Below are positions 1 through 13,258 of a DNA stretch of 64,000 nt, in pieces. This DNA is from Tubiluchus corallicola (Eukaryota > Animalia > Priapulida), in contig JAQGDQ010000044.1 in assembly GCA_030141605.1 (NCBI GenBank), positions 124,001 through 188,000 on the forward strand, given 5' to 3'. Both the position numbers and the translations under genes were made by a program. The notes beneath the pieces were generated by a model, which saw nothing but the letters and a program-made list of their open reading frames with translations, searched no databases and was not told the DNA's origin. Position 1 is the first letter of the stretch. Every line of letters begins with the position of its first letter.

Positions 1-339
1 CCATTTTTTAAATTCAACTCAGGGTTATTAATACTCTATTTTTGGAATGCATGTCCTGTGTTTTCTTAACCTGCACAAAACAGAATTTCATTGTACAGGC
101 CTAATTAATGTTGTTCCAACTTTACATGGTTTTACTGATTTAACTGTTTTTACAATATTATTATAAAATCTATAAAATGAGTGTCACACTCAGTGGTTTT
201 TTTTGTAAAGGTAACCAAATCTTTAAAACAGACATCAGTAAATTGTAGACACATCAAATATTTGACACAACGTCCTTGGTATGATATACATCCATGTTAT
301 ATTACTAAACCTTTAAATATAAAAATGTCGTCAGCATAA

Positions 340-1960
340 TGTCACAGGTGATCAACACGAATATCACCTACTTGAACTAGCTCAGTTGCCTAGGCTTCAT
401 CACCATCATCATCATCATCAATGTCACAGTTGATCAACATGAATATCACCTAGCTCAGTTGCCTACGCTTCATCATCATCATCATTGATGACATGGTTGA
501 CCAACATAAATACCACCTGCCTGAATCATCTCAGTTGTCTAAGCTTCATCACCATCTATGGCATAGTTGATCAACAAGAATACCATCTACCCAAACCATC
601 TCAGTTGTCTAGGCTTCGTCGTCATTTATGCCATAGTTGATCAACATGAATACCACCTACCCAAACCATCTCAGTTGTCTAGGCTTCGTCGTCATTTATG
701 CCATAGTTGATCAACATGAATACCACCTACCCGAACCATCTCAGTTGTCTAGGCTTCGTCGTCATTTATGCCATAGTTGATCAACATGAATACAACCTAC
801 CCAAACCATCTCAGTTGTCTAGGGTTCGTCGTCATTTATGGCATAGTTGATCAACAAGAATACCACCTACCCAAACCATCTCAGTTGTCTAGGGTTCGTT
901 GTCATTTATGCCATAGTTGATCAACATGAATACCACCTACCCGAACCATCTCAGTTGTCTAGGCTTCGTCGTCATTTATGCCATAGTTGATCAACATGAA
1001 TACCACCTACCCGAACCATCTCAGTTGTCTAGGCTTCGTCGTCATTTATGCCATAGTTGATCAACATAAATACCACCTACCCGAACCATCTCAGTTGTCT
1101 AGGCTTCGTCGTCATTTATGCCATAGTTGATCAACATGAATACCACCTACCCAAACCATCTCAGTTGTCTAGGGTTCGTCGTCATTTATGGCATAGTTGA
1201 TCAACAAGAATACCACCTACCCAAACCATCTCAGTTGTCTAGGGTTCGTTGTCATTTATGCCATAGTTGATCAACATGAATACCACCTACCCGAACCATC
1301 TCAGTTGTCTAGGCTTCGTCGTCATTTATGCCATAGTTGATCAACATGAATACCACCTACCCGAACCATCTCAGTTGTCTAGGCTTCGTCGTCATTTATG
1401 CCATAGTTGATCAACATGAATACCACCTACCCAAACCATCTCAGTTGTCTAGGGTTCGTCGTCATTTATGGCATAGTTGATCAACATGAATACCACTTAC
1501 ACGAACCACCTCAGTTGTCTAGGCTGCGTCGTCATTTATGCCATAGTTGATCAACAGGAATACCACCTACCCAAACCATCTCAGTTGTCTAGGGTTCGTC
1601 GTCATTTATGGCATAGTTGATCAACATGAATACCACCTACCGGAACCATCTCAGTTTTCTAGGCTTAATCATCTTTGATATAATTAAGCAACAAGAATGC
1701 TACCTACTTGAACTATTTCAGTTCTGGGCTTCATTTCCGTCTATGACATGATTGGCATCTATAATTGATCAACATGAATACCACCTACTTGAGCTACTTC
1801 GATCAACATGATAAATCAGCATGTACTGAAACTATCTTACTTGTCTAAGCTTCATAGACATTTGTATCATCAAGTATACCATGTACATATTTTTGACTTT
1901 GTCACTTGTCTAGGTTTCATGAGCTTCTATGACACTATCCAACACCATGTATACCATGAA
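340..1960. repeat. 70-bp tandem repeat array: ~17 near-identical units at ~511-1680, with diverged units on both flanks; lies in intron 2 of the harmonin-like gene
   Basis: Unit taccacctacccaaaccatctcagttgtctaggcttcgtcgtcatttatgccatagttgatcaacatgaa. The tcagttgtct motif recurs every 70 nt from 531 to 1651. Confidence 0.97.
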
Positions 1961-3275
1961 CTTGAAAATTTCTAGTCAATTGCTTTTTCAATATTTACAT
2001 ATTATGTAATCGAATAATTTACATGCATTAATTTCCAGTTTCATCATTGCCATGACCACACACCATTAATTTTCTTAGTTAACCTTCGGGAAGGTTACAT
2101 GTGGAAGTCTTACAGGCCATATTGACAAACCTACTTTTCATTAGAAGAAGGAGCTGTCTTTAACATACTGCATTCCGACTACACCAAAATGTATAGTTTT
2201 TCTGCGTTTCGCTAACATTTAATTCACAATCAGCAGGAAAACACTATGTGGAATAAATGCTTATTGGATTATTATCACTAAGTATGAATTAAAGTTGGCA
2301 AAAGTAAAAATTCTAATACGATCAACTTCAGTAAATTGTCAATGGCCATGGATTTAAGACTTAATGAAATTTACAACATGATGGAAACTTTGTATTTATA
2401 GAGGTACAGTATCTAAAGTAGGTATAGGCCTATAACCGATATACTCTACAGTTACATAGCAATACTGGGTAAACTTAAAATCCTAAAATAGGCAAATTAG
2501 TCATTATTGGTAGCGGTAACCTAGGTGCTGCAATAACACCTATAACCCAAAATTGCTATAATAACTGGACACCAAAGTTTTCGGGTCACTCTACATTGTG
2601 TACATAACACAGGTAGCCTTTTTAGCTGGACGATGAATGAACACGGAAAAGTTTTTACAAGAAAAACAAATACAACATGGATTATTGGCCCGAGGAAAGA
2701 AGTCTTAGGATTAGGCATGTAGATAATCTGTTGCTACTCCAGATTACCAAGTACAGTTTATCTACTTACAAGAGCTGACAGTGAGGTTTTAACAGTGTAC
2801 ACCTGTAGTACAGTGTAGATGATCATTTGTGTAAGTGCAAGACATCATGCACAATGGATTTTTGGAAAATGTGACGCCCAGTGGCCTACTAACTACACAA
2901 AAGCTGAGAAAACGATTTTCAATCAGTAAGATTGGATAAGCCGATAAGAAAAACAGAGATTGCGATACGGCAAAGCTTACATAAAACGAAAGTTTGCTTT
3001 TATTCAGTGCTTCTATCAGTCTTTGCAGTGTTTGACTAGAGCGTTTGACACAATAAACACAGTATCAAGTAAGTATGAAATAAGCCTGAAAACAATAATA
3101 AACTGGAGTCTGACCAATTCTGCCACTGGGACTCAACTCCAAGATTCTCTGCTTTCCAAGCAGCTGCATTGCAATATTTCTCATATATAATGCAAAGGTA
3201 ACATATTCTTACTGAGTGGCTGCTAAATGCTACTGGACGTATACATAAGTGAACACTTCTCTTAAAAATACTCAC

Positions 3276-3343
3276 TCATGGTAAATTCGAAGTCCGGCAT
3301 ATACCTGATCTCTTTCCACTTCAGACGTTAACAATTCTTGCAC
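3276..3343 (-). CDS. USH1C: Harmonin (USH1C)-like, coding exon 2 (68 nt): VQELLTSEVERDQVYAGLRIYHE
   Basis: tttgcag acceptor and GA|gtgagt donor. The peptide aligns without gaps to the recalled human harmonin segment [23 protein letters not shown], with the same exon size and phases (0 and 2). No further exon was found in 1-3275, so the gene continues outside the window. Confidence 0.85.
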
Positions 3344-6300
3344 CTGCAAAATAAAATATGCTGAGCTTTTGTCATTACGAATGCTTTTAGATGCAACGTA
3401 CTAGAAAATTTCTCCAATTCCAAGCACATGCGATGCTAACGCCAACTATTAACTAGAAAAGATAAAGAACTGCAAGAATGTGCTTTGAAACTAAAAGCTT
3501 TGGGAAGACTGGACTTTTACTCTCACTCATTAAGGCTCTGCAATCGTTTTAATGCGTAAAAATCTAAACGTAATTAGACAGCTTTTCAATAAATACTAAT
3601 ATACAAGCCAAATACCCGACAGTAAAATGCTTGCGCGGTTCGAGCAAGCTCCGTGCCATCTCTTATAGCCATGGTAACCGCATCATATGCACAACTCATA
3701 ACTCTTGGTTATACAGAATCAACCTATTAGCATTTTATCACAGCATACCATCAGTACGGTATTATTTGCTTCTATATATTGTGTTATGACACACATGTAT
3801 CGATGCTCGGCAGTGATATTGCTAAATACCCACTACGAAATTTACACAATATGAGTGCTGCCAATAGATAATATCAAAATTTAATCAGTAAATTACTGTA
3901 CAATTTTGTTATAAACAACACACAACAAAACCCCCATTACACGGTCAAATCAAAAGCACTGAATCTTTGACCACACAAGCTATAAAGTGCGATATATAAT
4001 GAAAAGCCTTGTACCCTCTCTGGAGTCAGTACACAGGATGCATGCTCTGTATATTTTCCCATGACAAGCAAACAAGTTTGAAAAATGCAATATTTGTGTC
4101 AAATGAAATAATGCTACGCACTGGAAAGTTCAACAGTCAGATTGAACTAACATAGTAACGAAACGATTCTTATTACTCCTGTACTTAGTAAATGTGGCCT
4201 GCATAACGTTTGTTGCAAGGAAAATAGTGACAGTGTATGCAAAAACTGGAAACTTCCAAAGGACTCATGGCAGATGATTCAACAAGTACTATGGCAGATC
4301 ATTCAAAGTGCTATATTCAGTAACTTGTTTCATTTTCTCTGTATAGATGACACTACTGTAAGACCACTAATCTACTATGAATGCAGGTATAAATCTTATA
4401 CCAGCAATATAAAATTAATACGTGTGAGTAAGTTAGTGTTGAAATTAACTATTTTCACAAAAACAATTCACTAGAGTGTAATGTGCAATACTACATATCA
4501 TAAATTACCAATGTGTCCTCAAAGGAATACTTTTACGTTTTATCTGTATTCTTTGACACTTTCTCTTACATATAATAATAGTAATAATAGCTACCTATCA
4601 GATTGGCTGCAATTTTGAAAAATCCCAAGATTTACAGAAATGAAAGACGGGTCAACACTGCAGGCATAGGTCAAACTCTCAGTTAGGAGTGAAAGTAACA
4701 AAAGCTCTCTCGCCTGCTTTGCATAGTCTTTCAATTACTTACAAACTGTTGGCACTAGATGGTACTCTCTGTTCTCGTAATTTAAGAAGCTTATAATTTT
4801 ATGATTTGTTGGTGGATTTTAATCATCCTTGTTATAATGCAATCAAGGTTCTTCCTATAATGATGACGACGATGATGATGATGACAAATAATGGATCTTT
4901 TTCCAAAATTACTGTTGTCTGGTGCAGAGCTTTCACTGTGTAAAGCTTGTTAATGTAGCCTCACCATTTTTTATTTTATTGTGCAGACAGGCAGACACAC
5001 ACACACAGACAAAATAGATGCTATTAAATGCCGCACCTATGCCGCAGTGTAATACCACAACATGTAATACCATCAGGGAGAGAATGATAGCCCATTTTTG
5101 CCACCACTGACATGTTTGTTAAATTATGAGTAGGGCATTACGAAGCTATTAGCAAACATTAATGCAAAACCTACAAGATTCTAAATAGGTCACTACATAC
5201 TTGGTAATTTTCCACTCAATTTAGCATAATAAAGACCATCATGCGAATAAACTGCTAAGTACTTATAACTCGTAAAAGGCGTGAAAATTATGCTAAATCT
5301 ACTCCACTAACTTGTGAAAAATGGTACATGGCAAATTACAGATCTAATCAGCCAAGCCTCTCATATGTCATAAGGTATTATCTACGTGTTATTAAATTTT
5401 TTAGGTACTATTATTCTAATTAATAGCAAATTGTTAGACCTGTATGATTTTACGTGTGAACGCATGGGTAAACGCAAATCCTAAATTATCATTATTTCGA
5501 AACAATTAAAATTTAATATTTTACGTACAACTGTGAATTGACATGATCTTCACAAAAAATTGCAGAGCATAAGTACAGTACAATACAAAATTACAACAGA
5601 TAAAATTTCGTCCAATTGCATAATAGTTAAACCCTAAATAACATTGTGTGCCCATTCATACAGTGTTATTCTTGCAAGAAGAGCAGTGCATTGGAATTTG
5701 GAAAGTAAAAGTATTTGGTATGAATGTTATGTAATTACACAGCATTACGTAATTGCTGTTGTTACAGTAAAATAGCCATACAGGCATCCTGTATAATCTT
5801 GCCAGCAGATAACTGAAGTGTGACAAAATAAACTGTTTTGACAAAACAACCAATGAGAGAAGTATTAAAACACTCCGGATGTTCAAGCTTGTTGGTAATC
5901 ATTGGAAAAGTCAATGGAAAAACACACTTGCCCTAGTGTAAAAACAGACCTTCGCAAAAGATTTAAAGACTGAGTTTTGTATAAGCTGAAAAGCTATGGC
6001 TTAAAGCCTTTTAAAAATAATTACTGCATGCGGGTCTTCAGCTCTTATTAATTAGTTACTAACATACATAATTAACTAGTAATGTCTACTGTGTTTTGTA
6101 TAAAAAACCAGGTTGATGGGAAGGACGGGGTAGAAAACTTAACTCTTAAATGACATGTAATAGGCTACTTAGCATAGATCTATAAAAATATGAACAAGAC
6201 AGAATGAGATTTCGAACGTGTTGTCGTAAATGATAAAAAGTTTGCACAGTTCTTTATATTAATACAGAGCAGCAAGTGCAACGATTAGTTCGAATTAGCC

Positions 6301-6886
6301 TGATTATACGTTATTTAAGCAGGATTTTTAAAATTTCCAGAATATTAAAATATAGTTGCCAAACTCAGTATACACATTGTTTCGAAGTGTTAGCAGAACA
6401 GCATGGTGCTGAAATTGTGACTTTTCTGAAGGTACAACCAAAGCGCATAAAATTTAATGTAATTTACTATGCCTTTCGATTTCAAAACTGTGGTGATTGT
6501 ACATAGTAAGTGTTGAATTGTGGCTTTAGCAACATTTTACAACGAGACAAATTAAGCAACTCAACTAGAACTGAGTACATCATCTTCATTACAAAGGCAC
6601 TAGGAAAGGAAGTCATCATAATTGTTTTACGTATTATTAGCGAGCATTGACCAATGACCATCATCACCATCAAATCGCCACATCATTTCTGGCCAGCGCA
6701 CGTACCGCATTAATTCCATACGAATTTAATTGATTTACAGATTACGCACGAATCTGAGTCTGTAAAATTTTTAGAGTGAGAGGATAAAAATTATATTTTT
6801 TATTTGCTAATCTACTTACGTTATCTATCATTGATTAATTCCAAACAAAATTATAATTGTATGCTGCAGTAAATGAATTTTTATAC

Positions 6887-6940
6887 CTTTTGGCGAAATT
6901 CCAAAGCTATTTGCTGTTCAAAGTCGTCCTCGTCATCCAT
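6887..6940 (-). CDS. USH1C: Harmonin (USH1C)-like, coding exon 1: MDDEDDFEQQIALEFRQK
   Basis: ATG at 6940 and phase-0 AAG|gtataa donor. IALEFRQK matches the recalled harmonin VAREFRHK, and the exon splices in frame to 3343. An acceptor (gttttag) lies 14 nt upstream of the ATG, so the exon starts at 6954. Confidence 0.85.
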
Positions 6941-7129
6941 ACTTACTTGCTTCTCTAAAACAACCATTGAACAGTAGAATAATTACCACAAAGTGAGGTA
7001 ATGAAAAGGAAACGAACTGATCACGACATCAACATCAACAAACACTTCTGAACGCATACCAGAAACACTGAAACTCGGAAACTGACTGTACGTGAATGAT
7101 TATTCCGTGGATATTCTATTTTTTCTCAC

Positions 7130-7410
7130 CTGCCGGAACATTGTATTCCGATTGGCTCTACAGAAATGGAGCGTTCCATTTCAGGAAAAGGGGAAGATTG
7201 CAGATTGCAGAAACAGAAAACTGTGCCGCGCCACCTATGGAGCGGAGAAAGTAAACTAAAATGCCAACGTGGCAGCCTTCAGATGTCGCTACATGGCCTC
7301 CTGTGTTTGTTTATTTTGCAACGGAGTTGTTGATATCAAAAATGATTTGAACTGATTGGTAATTTGATTATTAAAGCCGAAAGGTTGTGCAGATTGACAA
7401 AGTTCGTAAG
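7130..7410. promoter_or_regulatory. Probable bidirectional promoter and non-coding first exons of harmonin-like (-) and TMEM248 (+)
   Basis: Minus-strand donor CAG|gtgaga at 7130/7129 pairs with the acceptor at 6955. Candidate plus-strand donors at 7359-7407. ATTGG (CCAAT) at ~7151 and CTCF-like gcgccacctatgg at 7228-7240. Locally CpG-richer. Confidence 0.55.
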
Positions 7411-7574
7411 ATTAATGCACGTGGTGATACCTAGAATAGTATCAACTTCCGAAATTTAGATTTGCTAACTGGTTGTTAGCTAGAAAAGTGTTACTGCCAG
7501 CCGCTGACACAGCACACAGCGCTATCCTAGGGCTCAGCCTAGGCCTTAGTGTTGATAAGGTAAACCAGGGCTGT

Positions 7575-9050
7575 CATTCTTATTTCAATTCAATTTTATT
7601 GCACAAATACTGTTACAAAATACATTGGCAATTTCTAAATCTGGCATTGTATTAAAATCCAGATCCCGCTCTATTTTCGCTGAGCGATAACCTATTCGAT
7701 ATGATAGCTCAATGCAATATGATGATCTGCGCTGCTCTCACGATTGCTTGCGGACCATCAGTGGGCAGTCAGCGTTTCCATGCCCTGTACGTTTATGTGT
7801 AGAATTCTGTGATAATACACATTATTATATTATTTATTTAATAATTGGGATAACGATGAAACAGTAAAAATGCTGAACACGACTTTATTCAGTCAAAACT
7901 TTAGTTCATTTGACTGAATAAATAAATTGTTGGCTTAAATGATGTTTTTCAGTGGTTTAGCATTCAGCCCACCCTTGATTAAAATTAATGTAAACAACCT
8001 GCTGCACCAAACAACGCGCAAAGCCAAAAAAATTGTCTGCGAGCATAACATTAAAAACTTGGTATGAAGAGTTCAGATACGTAAATGAAACATTTATTAA
8101 CATGACGACGTTAACATAACATGTAAAAATTAAAATCTGACTGTGGCGCGCTTAGTTATTAATAATAATGCCAATGATAATGAAGTTGTTTTTTTTTTAA
8201 AAACAAAGTGGTCAACTTACTGGACTTTTGTATCCTATTAATAGTATTATTTCATTAACTTATTCTGCCACAAGTGAAACTCAGGCTGATCAACCATCGT
8301 ATCATATGCGCAGCGCGGTTCATATAAATGCACCAAGCAGCCATATCGAAATAGGCGATTGCTTAGCGAAAATCGAATGGGACCTGGATTCTAATAGAGT
8401 GCCCAAAATCTAACACCATTTTCTGAAACAAATAAAATAGGCTTGCAAAATATTTATGATGATAGTAGAAAATAATTTAAATTCAACTACAGGTAGATGA
8501 TTTATGTATGGAATAATTCACATGGTAATCAGTATTTAAAAGTTCTCCAAACAGATTAAGTTCTGTAACCAGGATAAAGAAAATGCATTTGTTATTGAGC
8601 CTGTTTTTGATATTGAATTTTTCTTTGAGAAATGTCAGGTTGGAGTATTTATTTTTATGATGATTTCCGTATATAGTGTACAATTGAAAATAAGGTGAAG
8701 TTCGTTTTCTACTCTTATGATATTATTGTTGTTTTTACAAAAGAGGCATAAATGGTCATTTTCAGCTTTTCTGGTATATTGCCCTCTCTCTATTTCCAAA
8801 TCGTGGTCACTTATACCTATGTTGGTCAAGTTTTTCTGTTTTTTGTTGGTAGTTGCTGTAAGGTAAAATTCTATGCCATAATTGAATTTGAGTTGCTGGT
8901 AAAATCTGGACTTTTTCCTTTGTCATTATTGATGTCACTGAGGAAAATTCTTTCGTATCAATTTTTCAGTTCTTTTTTCGCATGTTTTATTTTTAGATTG
9001 GGTGCGAAAATTTGGTGCATTCTATTTTAATATTTGACATCATAAATTTA
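7575..9050 (-). mobile_element. 3' remnant of an L2/CR1-group LINE, interrupted by the MITE at 7643-8403
   Basis: ORF 8635..8829 contains ISDHDLEIERGQYT...LCLFC...ENELHLIFNCTLY, the typical C-terminal Cys/His motif of L2/CR1-group ORF2. A 3' tail tgtgcAATAAAattgaattgaa lies at ~7580-7605. Confidence 0.75.
7643..8403. mobile_element. Non-autonomous DNA transposon (MITE) with long imperfect TIRs, GG...CC ends and an 8-bp TSD
   Basis: Left end ggcattgtattaaaatccagatcccgctctattttcgctgagcg; reverse complement of right end ggcactctattagaatccaggtcccattcgattttcgctaagca. Flanks ctaaatct / caaaatct match at 7 of 8 positions. Confidence 0.8.
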
Positions 9051-10266
9051 TTGCAGTAATTAGCTTATTTCATTTTGTGAGTAATAATACAGAACAGTTT
9101 ATTATATCAAAGTATGGCAGAAACCTTGGTTATCCGCTAAGGGTGGCAAATAGGTCATTTAACACCTCCTGGATCAGGCCTTCTAAGGGGTTTCAAAGTT
9201 CGAACCTCATAATTAATTCCCTAATGAGTATCGGGAGTCTGTTCACTCGGTAGCATGGTAAATTACCTGATATAAGCTATTGTCATTCTGTCACCGAGGG
9301 TCAAGCGGTCACTACAAACAGTGACAGCTTAGGGCAAATCACAGCCGCTGATACAATGGGAAGGATTAACGTCTTCAACAGTGGCAAAACTGTGCAGTCT
9401 CATGTCATATCAATTCACGTTTATCTGAAAAGGTTTTTCTTTTTTATTTTATATCTCCCTATTTTTATATCGGAATTTTAAACGTTTTTTCGAGAACTTG
9501 CGAGCACTCCAACCCTCTCCGGTCTTAACCTAGGAAAACCCGTAGAGCACTTTGCTCATAAATGTTACTTTTACCTTAATTATATGATGGAGTTGTTTTG
9601 ATTTACTCCACAGAATCAGTTAGATGTCGGCATTTTGCACCATCTTTTTATGGATCATTTTATGGATCATTTTAAGCAATAATTGTGATAGGAGTATGTC
9701 TCTTTGTCTCTCCCTCCCCCTGGAAAAGTTGCAGCAGACGCCCTTGGCTGAAGCTTGAAAGAGAAACATTTATTATTATGCCTTCCATGTGAACAGAAAG
9801 ACTACTGATTGATTGAGAATTTCTATATTTCATAATGTAAATGATGAATCTGTAATTTGTATTTTTTGTGCATATCGAGATAATTTGGTGTAATTTTTGT
9901 CTAACATATATAATGTATTTTACTTATTGAATTATGCTTCTGTATTATGTGCATATTGTACCTATGTATATTTTAATGTATGTATTGAATTATTGTTTTT
10001 AGTTTTAGTTTGGTGGCTGCTCGCTGACCTTATGGTCTTTTTTCCAGTTCGTCTTACTCTCTCTAACTACTTAATTGTTACTAACACTTTGTTGTACATT
10101 GTTGTTGTATAAGACAAATAAATAAGAATTCGCATTTTATGCACTAATAGTTTGTAGTTTTGCACCAGATGCATTTACCTTTAGCATTTTTCTGATATGC
10201 AAAGATATTTGTTTTTATTACCCAGGATTCTCATTTTATTGTAATCCATTGTAATGGCAAATAATG

Positions 10267-10298
<32 letters not shown>

Positions 10299-11265
10299 CA
10301 AATGCATGAATAATATATATATACGTAACAAACAGTTAGCCTAGCAGACGTATTGCTAGCAACCAAAGTGATGGACGTACAATGTGCTTGTAATATTAAA
10401 TCTGTAGCTGGCTAATTGTGTTTTTGCATATAAATTTGTGAAGTGCTGGTGCATCTATTAAAATATTTTGCTTTTCTGGTAGTTTACTGCACTGTGGAGA
10501 TCATACAATGCAAACAATATAAAAGTAATAAACAAAGCCCTTTGAACAGTTTGTGGAGTTATTTTAGCATTAACCAATCCTAAAATTGTTGATTGATGAT
10601 ATTATATTAGCATTTATTGTCAACGGCTTCATCTAGTTTTTTATAAAGCCTGCAGACATTAACTCTTGTGTATCGTAATATATATTGTATCGTGAGGGGG
10701 TATCGTAATATGTATCGTATCCATGACCTAGGCGTATCATTACAATGCTATTTGTTAGTATTAATATGCTGAAGTTTGTTTTATGCTCATAGGTGCTATC
10801 ATATTTGTCCATGTATTTTCACATTAATTATATCATTCTTTAATATAATATTGTTATCAAAAAGCTAAGCTTATCAATTTATGGCTTATGTCTGTGCTTT
10901 GATTTAATTTTGGCCTTCTTATTAAAAATTTAAAATCATTAATACTACTAGAAGAATTCTACACAAAACTTGCAATGACAGTATTCATTATCAGGCAGTA
11001 AGGATAATTTCATTAATTTTTTAAACAATTACCTATCGGAAAAACATCTGGTATTGTGGCCTGTATTGCGAGGCTGAAAACTAATCTGTTTAAAATTCAA
11101 ATCCTCTACTTAAAGATTGTTTATATAGCGACATTCAGTCCATCAAATGTTTGTTATTGTGTTATTTACTATTTTAGCCTAAGATTATGTGCCGAAATTA
11201 AAAGAGTTTTAGCGTGTGATCATTATGGCTAGATGAGAAAAATGACTTTGTGTTTTCATTTTCAG

Positions 11266-11299
11266 ACTGTCAATAAGTGACTGTGGCTTCATTGAAAAG
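11266..11299 (+). other. Candidate 34-nt 5'UTR exon of TMEM248
   Basis: tgttttcattttcag acceptor and AAG|gtaatg donor, 330 nt upstream of the first coding exon. Confidence 0.45.
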
Positions 11300-11639
11300 G
11301 TAATGGAAAGTTTATTTGTATAGCTTTTTTATAATTTCTGTTTTTTAAGGCATATCATTGTGAATGCGTGGAGAATCAACATGGATAGTCTAGCTACAAT
11401 GAGTAAAACTGAAAGTGCATTTTAATAAATTATGATCTGGTATTGATGTTTTGGCCTACACCATTAAGCTATTTCACTATATTTGTGACAGTACAAGCTT
11501 AAACTTGTTGATAGTTTCTTTTTGCTTATGTATGAATCAATGAATTAAACTTTGCTGGCTTGTTTACTACATTACATTGCATAGTATTGTTAGTATTACT
11601 CTAAATTGTATCAATGTGCTTTTGCAGGATTGGTCCAAA

Positions 11640-11792
11640 ATGGGATTTTCTCCTCTTGAAAACTTGAAGCACTTCACGTCCACGCGTCCTCCGTTGGTCG
11701 TCTTTATGATCTGTATGCTGACCTTTGCTGTGACAGCCATGTCTTTAGCTTACTTTGTAAAGAGCAATGAAATACGAAATCCGGATATAGTG
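11640..11792 (+). CDS. TMEM248: TMEM248 coding exon 1: MGFSPLENLKHFTSTRPPLVVFMICMLTFAVTAMSLAYFVKSNEIRNPDIV
   Basis: Matches the recalled human N-terminus (NPLENLKVYISSRPPLVVFMIS...). Acceptor tttgcag at 11627; phase-0 donor GTG|gtatgt. Confidence 0.95.
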
Positions 11793-12455
11793 GTATGTTG
11801 GTGTTATAATGTTCGGCGTTGCTCAGTTTTGTGACATCGTGGTTGACTGAGTCAGTTACAATTGTTAATAACTGTAGAATTGCAAGTGTAATTAAATAGG
11901 CCTAAACGTCTTACATGCCACAGGCATTTAAAGTGGCTATTAAATGTCAAGTCTGGTGGTTGGCCAAAAGCCGAGAAGGTCCGCTCTCCCCATTTAAAAT
12001 ATAACTGTATTGCTGCAATATGTTTGATTATCTTCAAATGACCTGCATCACTCGAGTATATGTGAAACGGCATTTTATTTTTATATGTTGTCATAGGCGG
12101 TGAATCTTATAGCATGCTTTAGCATCTTTTCAGAGATTTCTCCAGCTGTGTTTGGTAGTTGTAGTTGGTACTAAATAGAATGCACTACTATCTTTGAAGC
12201 TTCTGATATGTTAGAAAATTATATAAAATAATCTTGAAATTTTTTGTAATTTACGTAGTATGTTACATAGCCAATTTCTGGAGGATCAACTTTCCACTAT
12301 GCTACATGTATTGGCAGTTTGGCTGTGTTAACGCTAAAATTTTCAGTAAAATTTTGTCTAGTAATTATGCAAGTAATTTTTTTTCTTTCAAAAGGTGGCA
12401 GCACCGTGCATAATATAATTTGAGTGGTTTTCTAAGTTTTCAATTTTATTTGCAG

Positions 12456-12726
12456 GATTGGAACATGTTTCTAGATAAATTTGCAGCAATAGATTTCTGC
12501 ATACAGCATCATCATCAACCTCAGATTCATGTGAACGGCAGTCAACAACGTCTACAGAAAGAACTGCCTTTTCCATTGTCAACTGCTGGTCTCTCGTATA
12601 CAACGGAGGAAATAAAAAATTATTCTGTGTCACTAGTCGTAGAAGTGAGCACTGATTTCAACAGCTTGCTACACAATGTTACGCATATGCATGGTGTCAT
12701 TGTCGGCAGACATCTTGGCTTATCAG
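12456..12726 (+). CDS. TMEM248: TMEM248 coding exon 2: DWNMFLDKFAAIDFC...HNVTHMHGVIVGRHLGLS
   Basis: Matches recalled human DWNTFLLRFNDLDLC...RNVTHLYSTILGHQIGLSG. tttgcag acceptor; phase-1 donor G|gtagta. Confidence 0.95.
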
Positions 12727-13258
12727 GTAGTACCATGGGGTATATTAATGTTCAATATGATGTTATTCGGGTGTAAGTTTAATAGCTAGGGATAAGTAAT
12801 TTTGCAGTACATTTACAATGTAACTTGTTGTGTCAGAGCGAATCTAAACCAAAATGAATTAAATATGAAACAAAATCTGTGCTTCTTTGCCTACTCTTTG
12901 CCACTTATGATATTTTCCCACTAACTGTTTGATTTGGCAATTTTGACAGAACTACAGCATGTATAGCTTTGACACTTGCATCAGTTATAGACTACATCCA
13001 CGTCTTAACACGAATTTAAAAAATAATTATAGTGTTCTTCAAAATTTTGAAGTTTTCAGAATTTCAGTTAAGTTTTTGTGACCCTCATGAAATGTGTGCT
13101 AAAGTTGTATTATAATTGAATGAATACTGTATTAAGGCTCTTGGTGTAATTGCACAGCAAAAACAATCTAGAGTACATGTCTTTATCGTAGCCTCTGTTT
13201 ATAACATAAATATGTGCATCTTTTAATTACAATTTTGTGCAAAATGCGCATATTTTAG

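Noticed and set aside
511-1680. CRISPR-like array or coding repeat
   Set aside because: The units are contiguous with no unique spacers, the 70-nt period is not a multiple of 3, stops are frequent, and the context is a eukaryotic intron with no cas genes.
2980-3085. Possible harmonin exon 3 after a minus-strand ttttcag acceptor near 3086
   Set aside because: The required frame hits a stop after ~22 codons and has no similarity to the expected harmonin segment.
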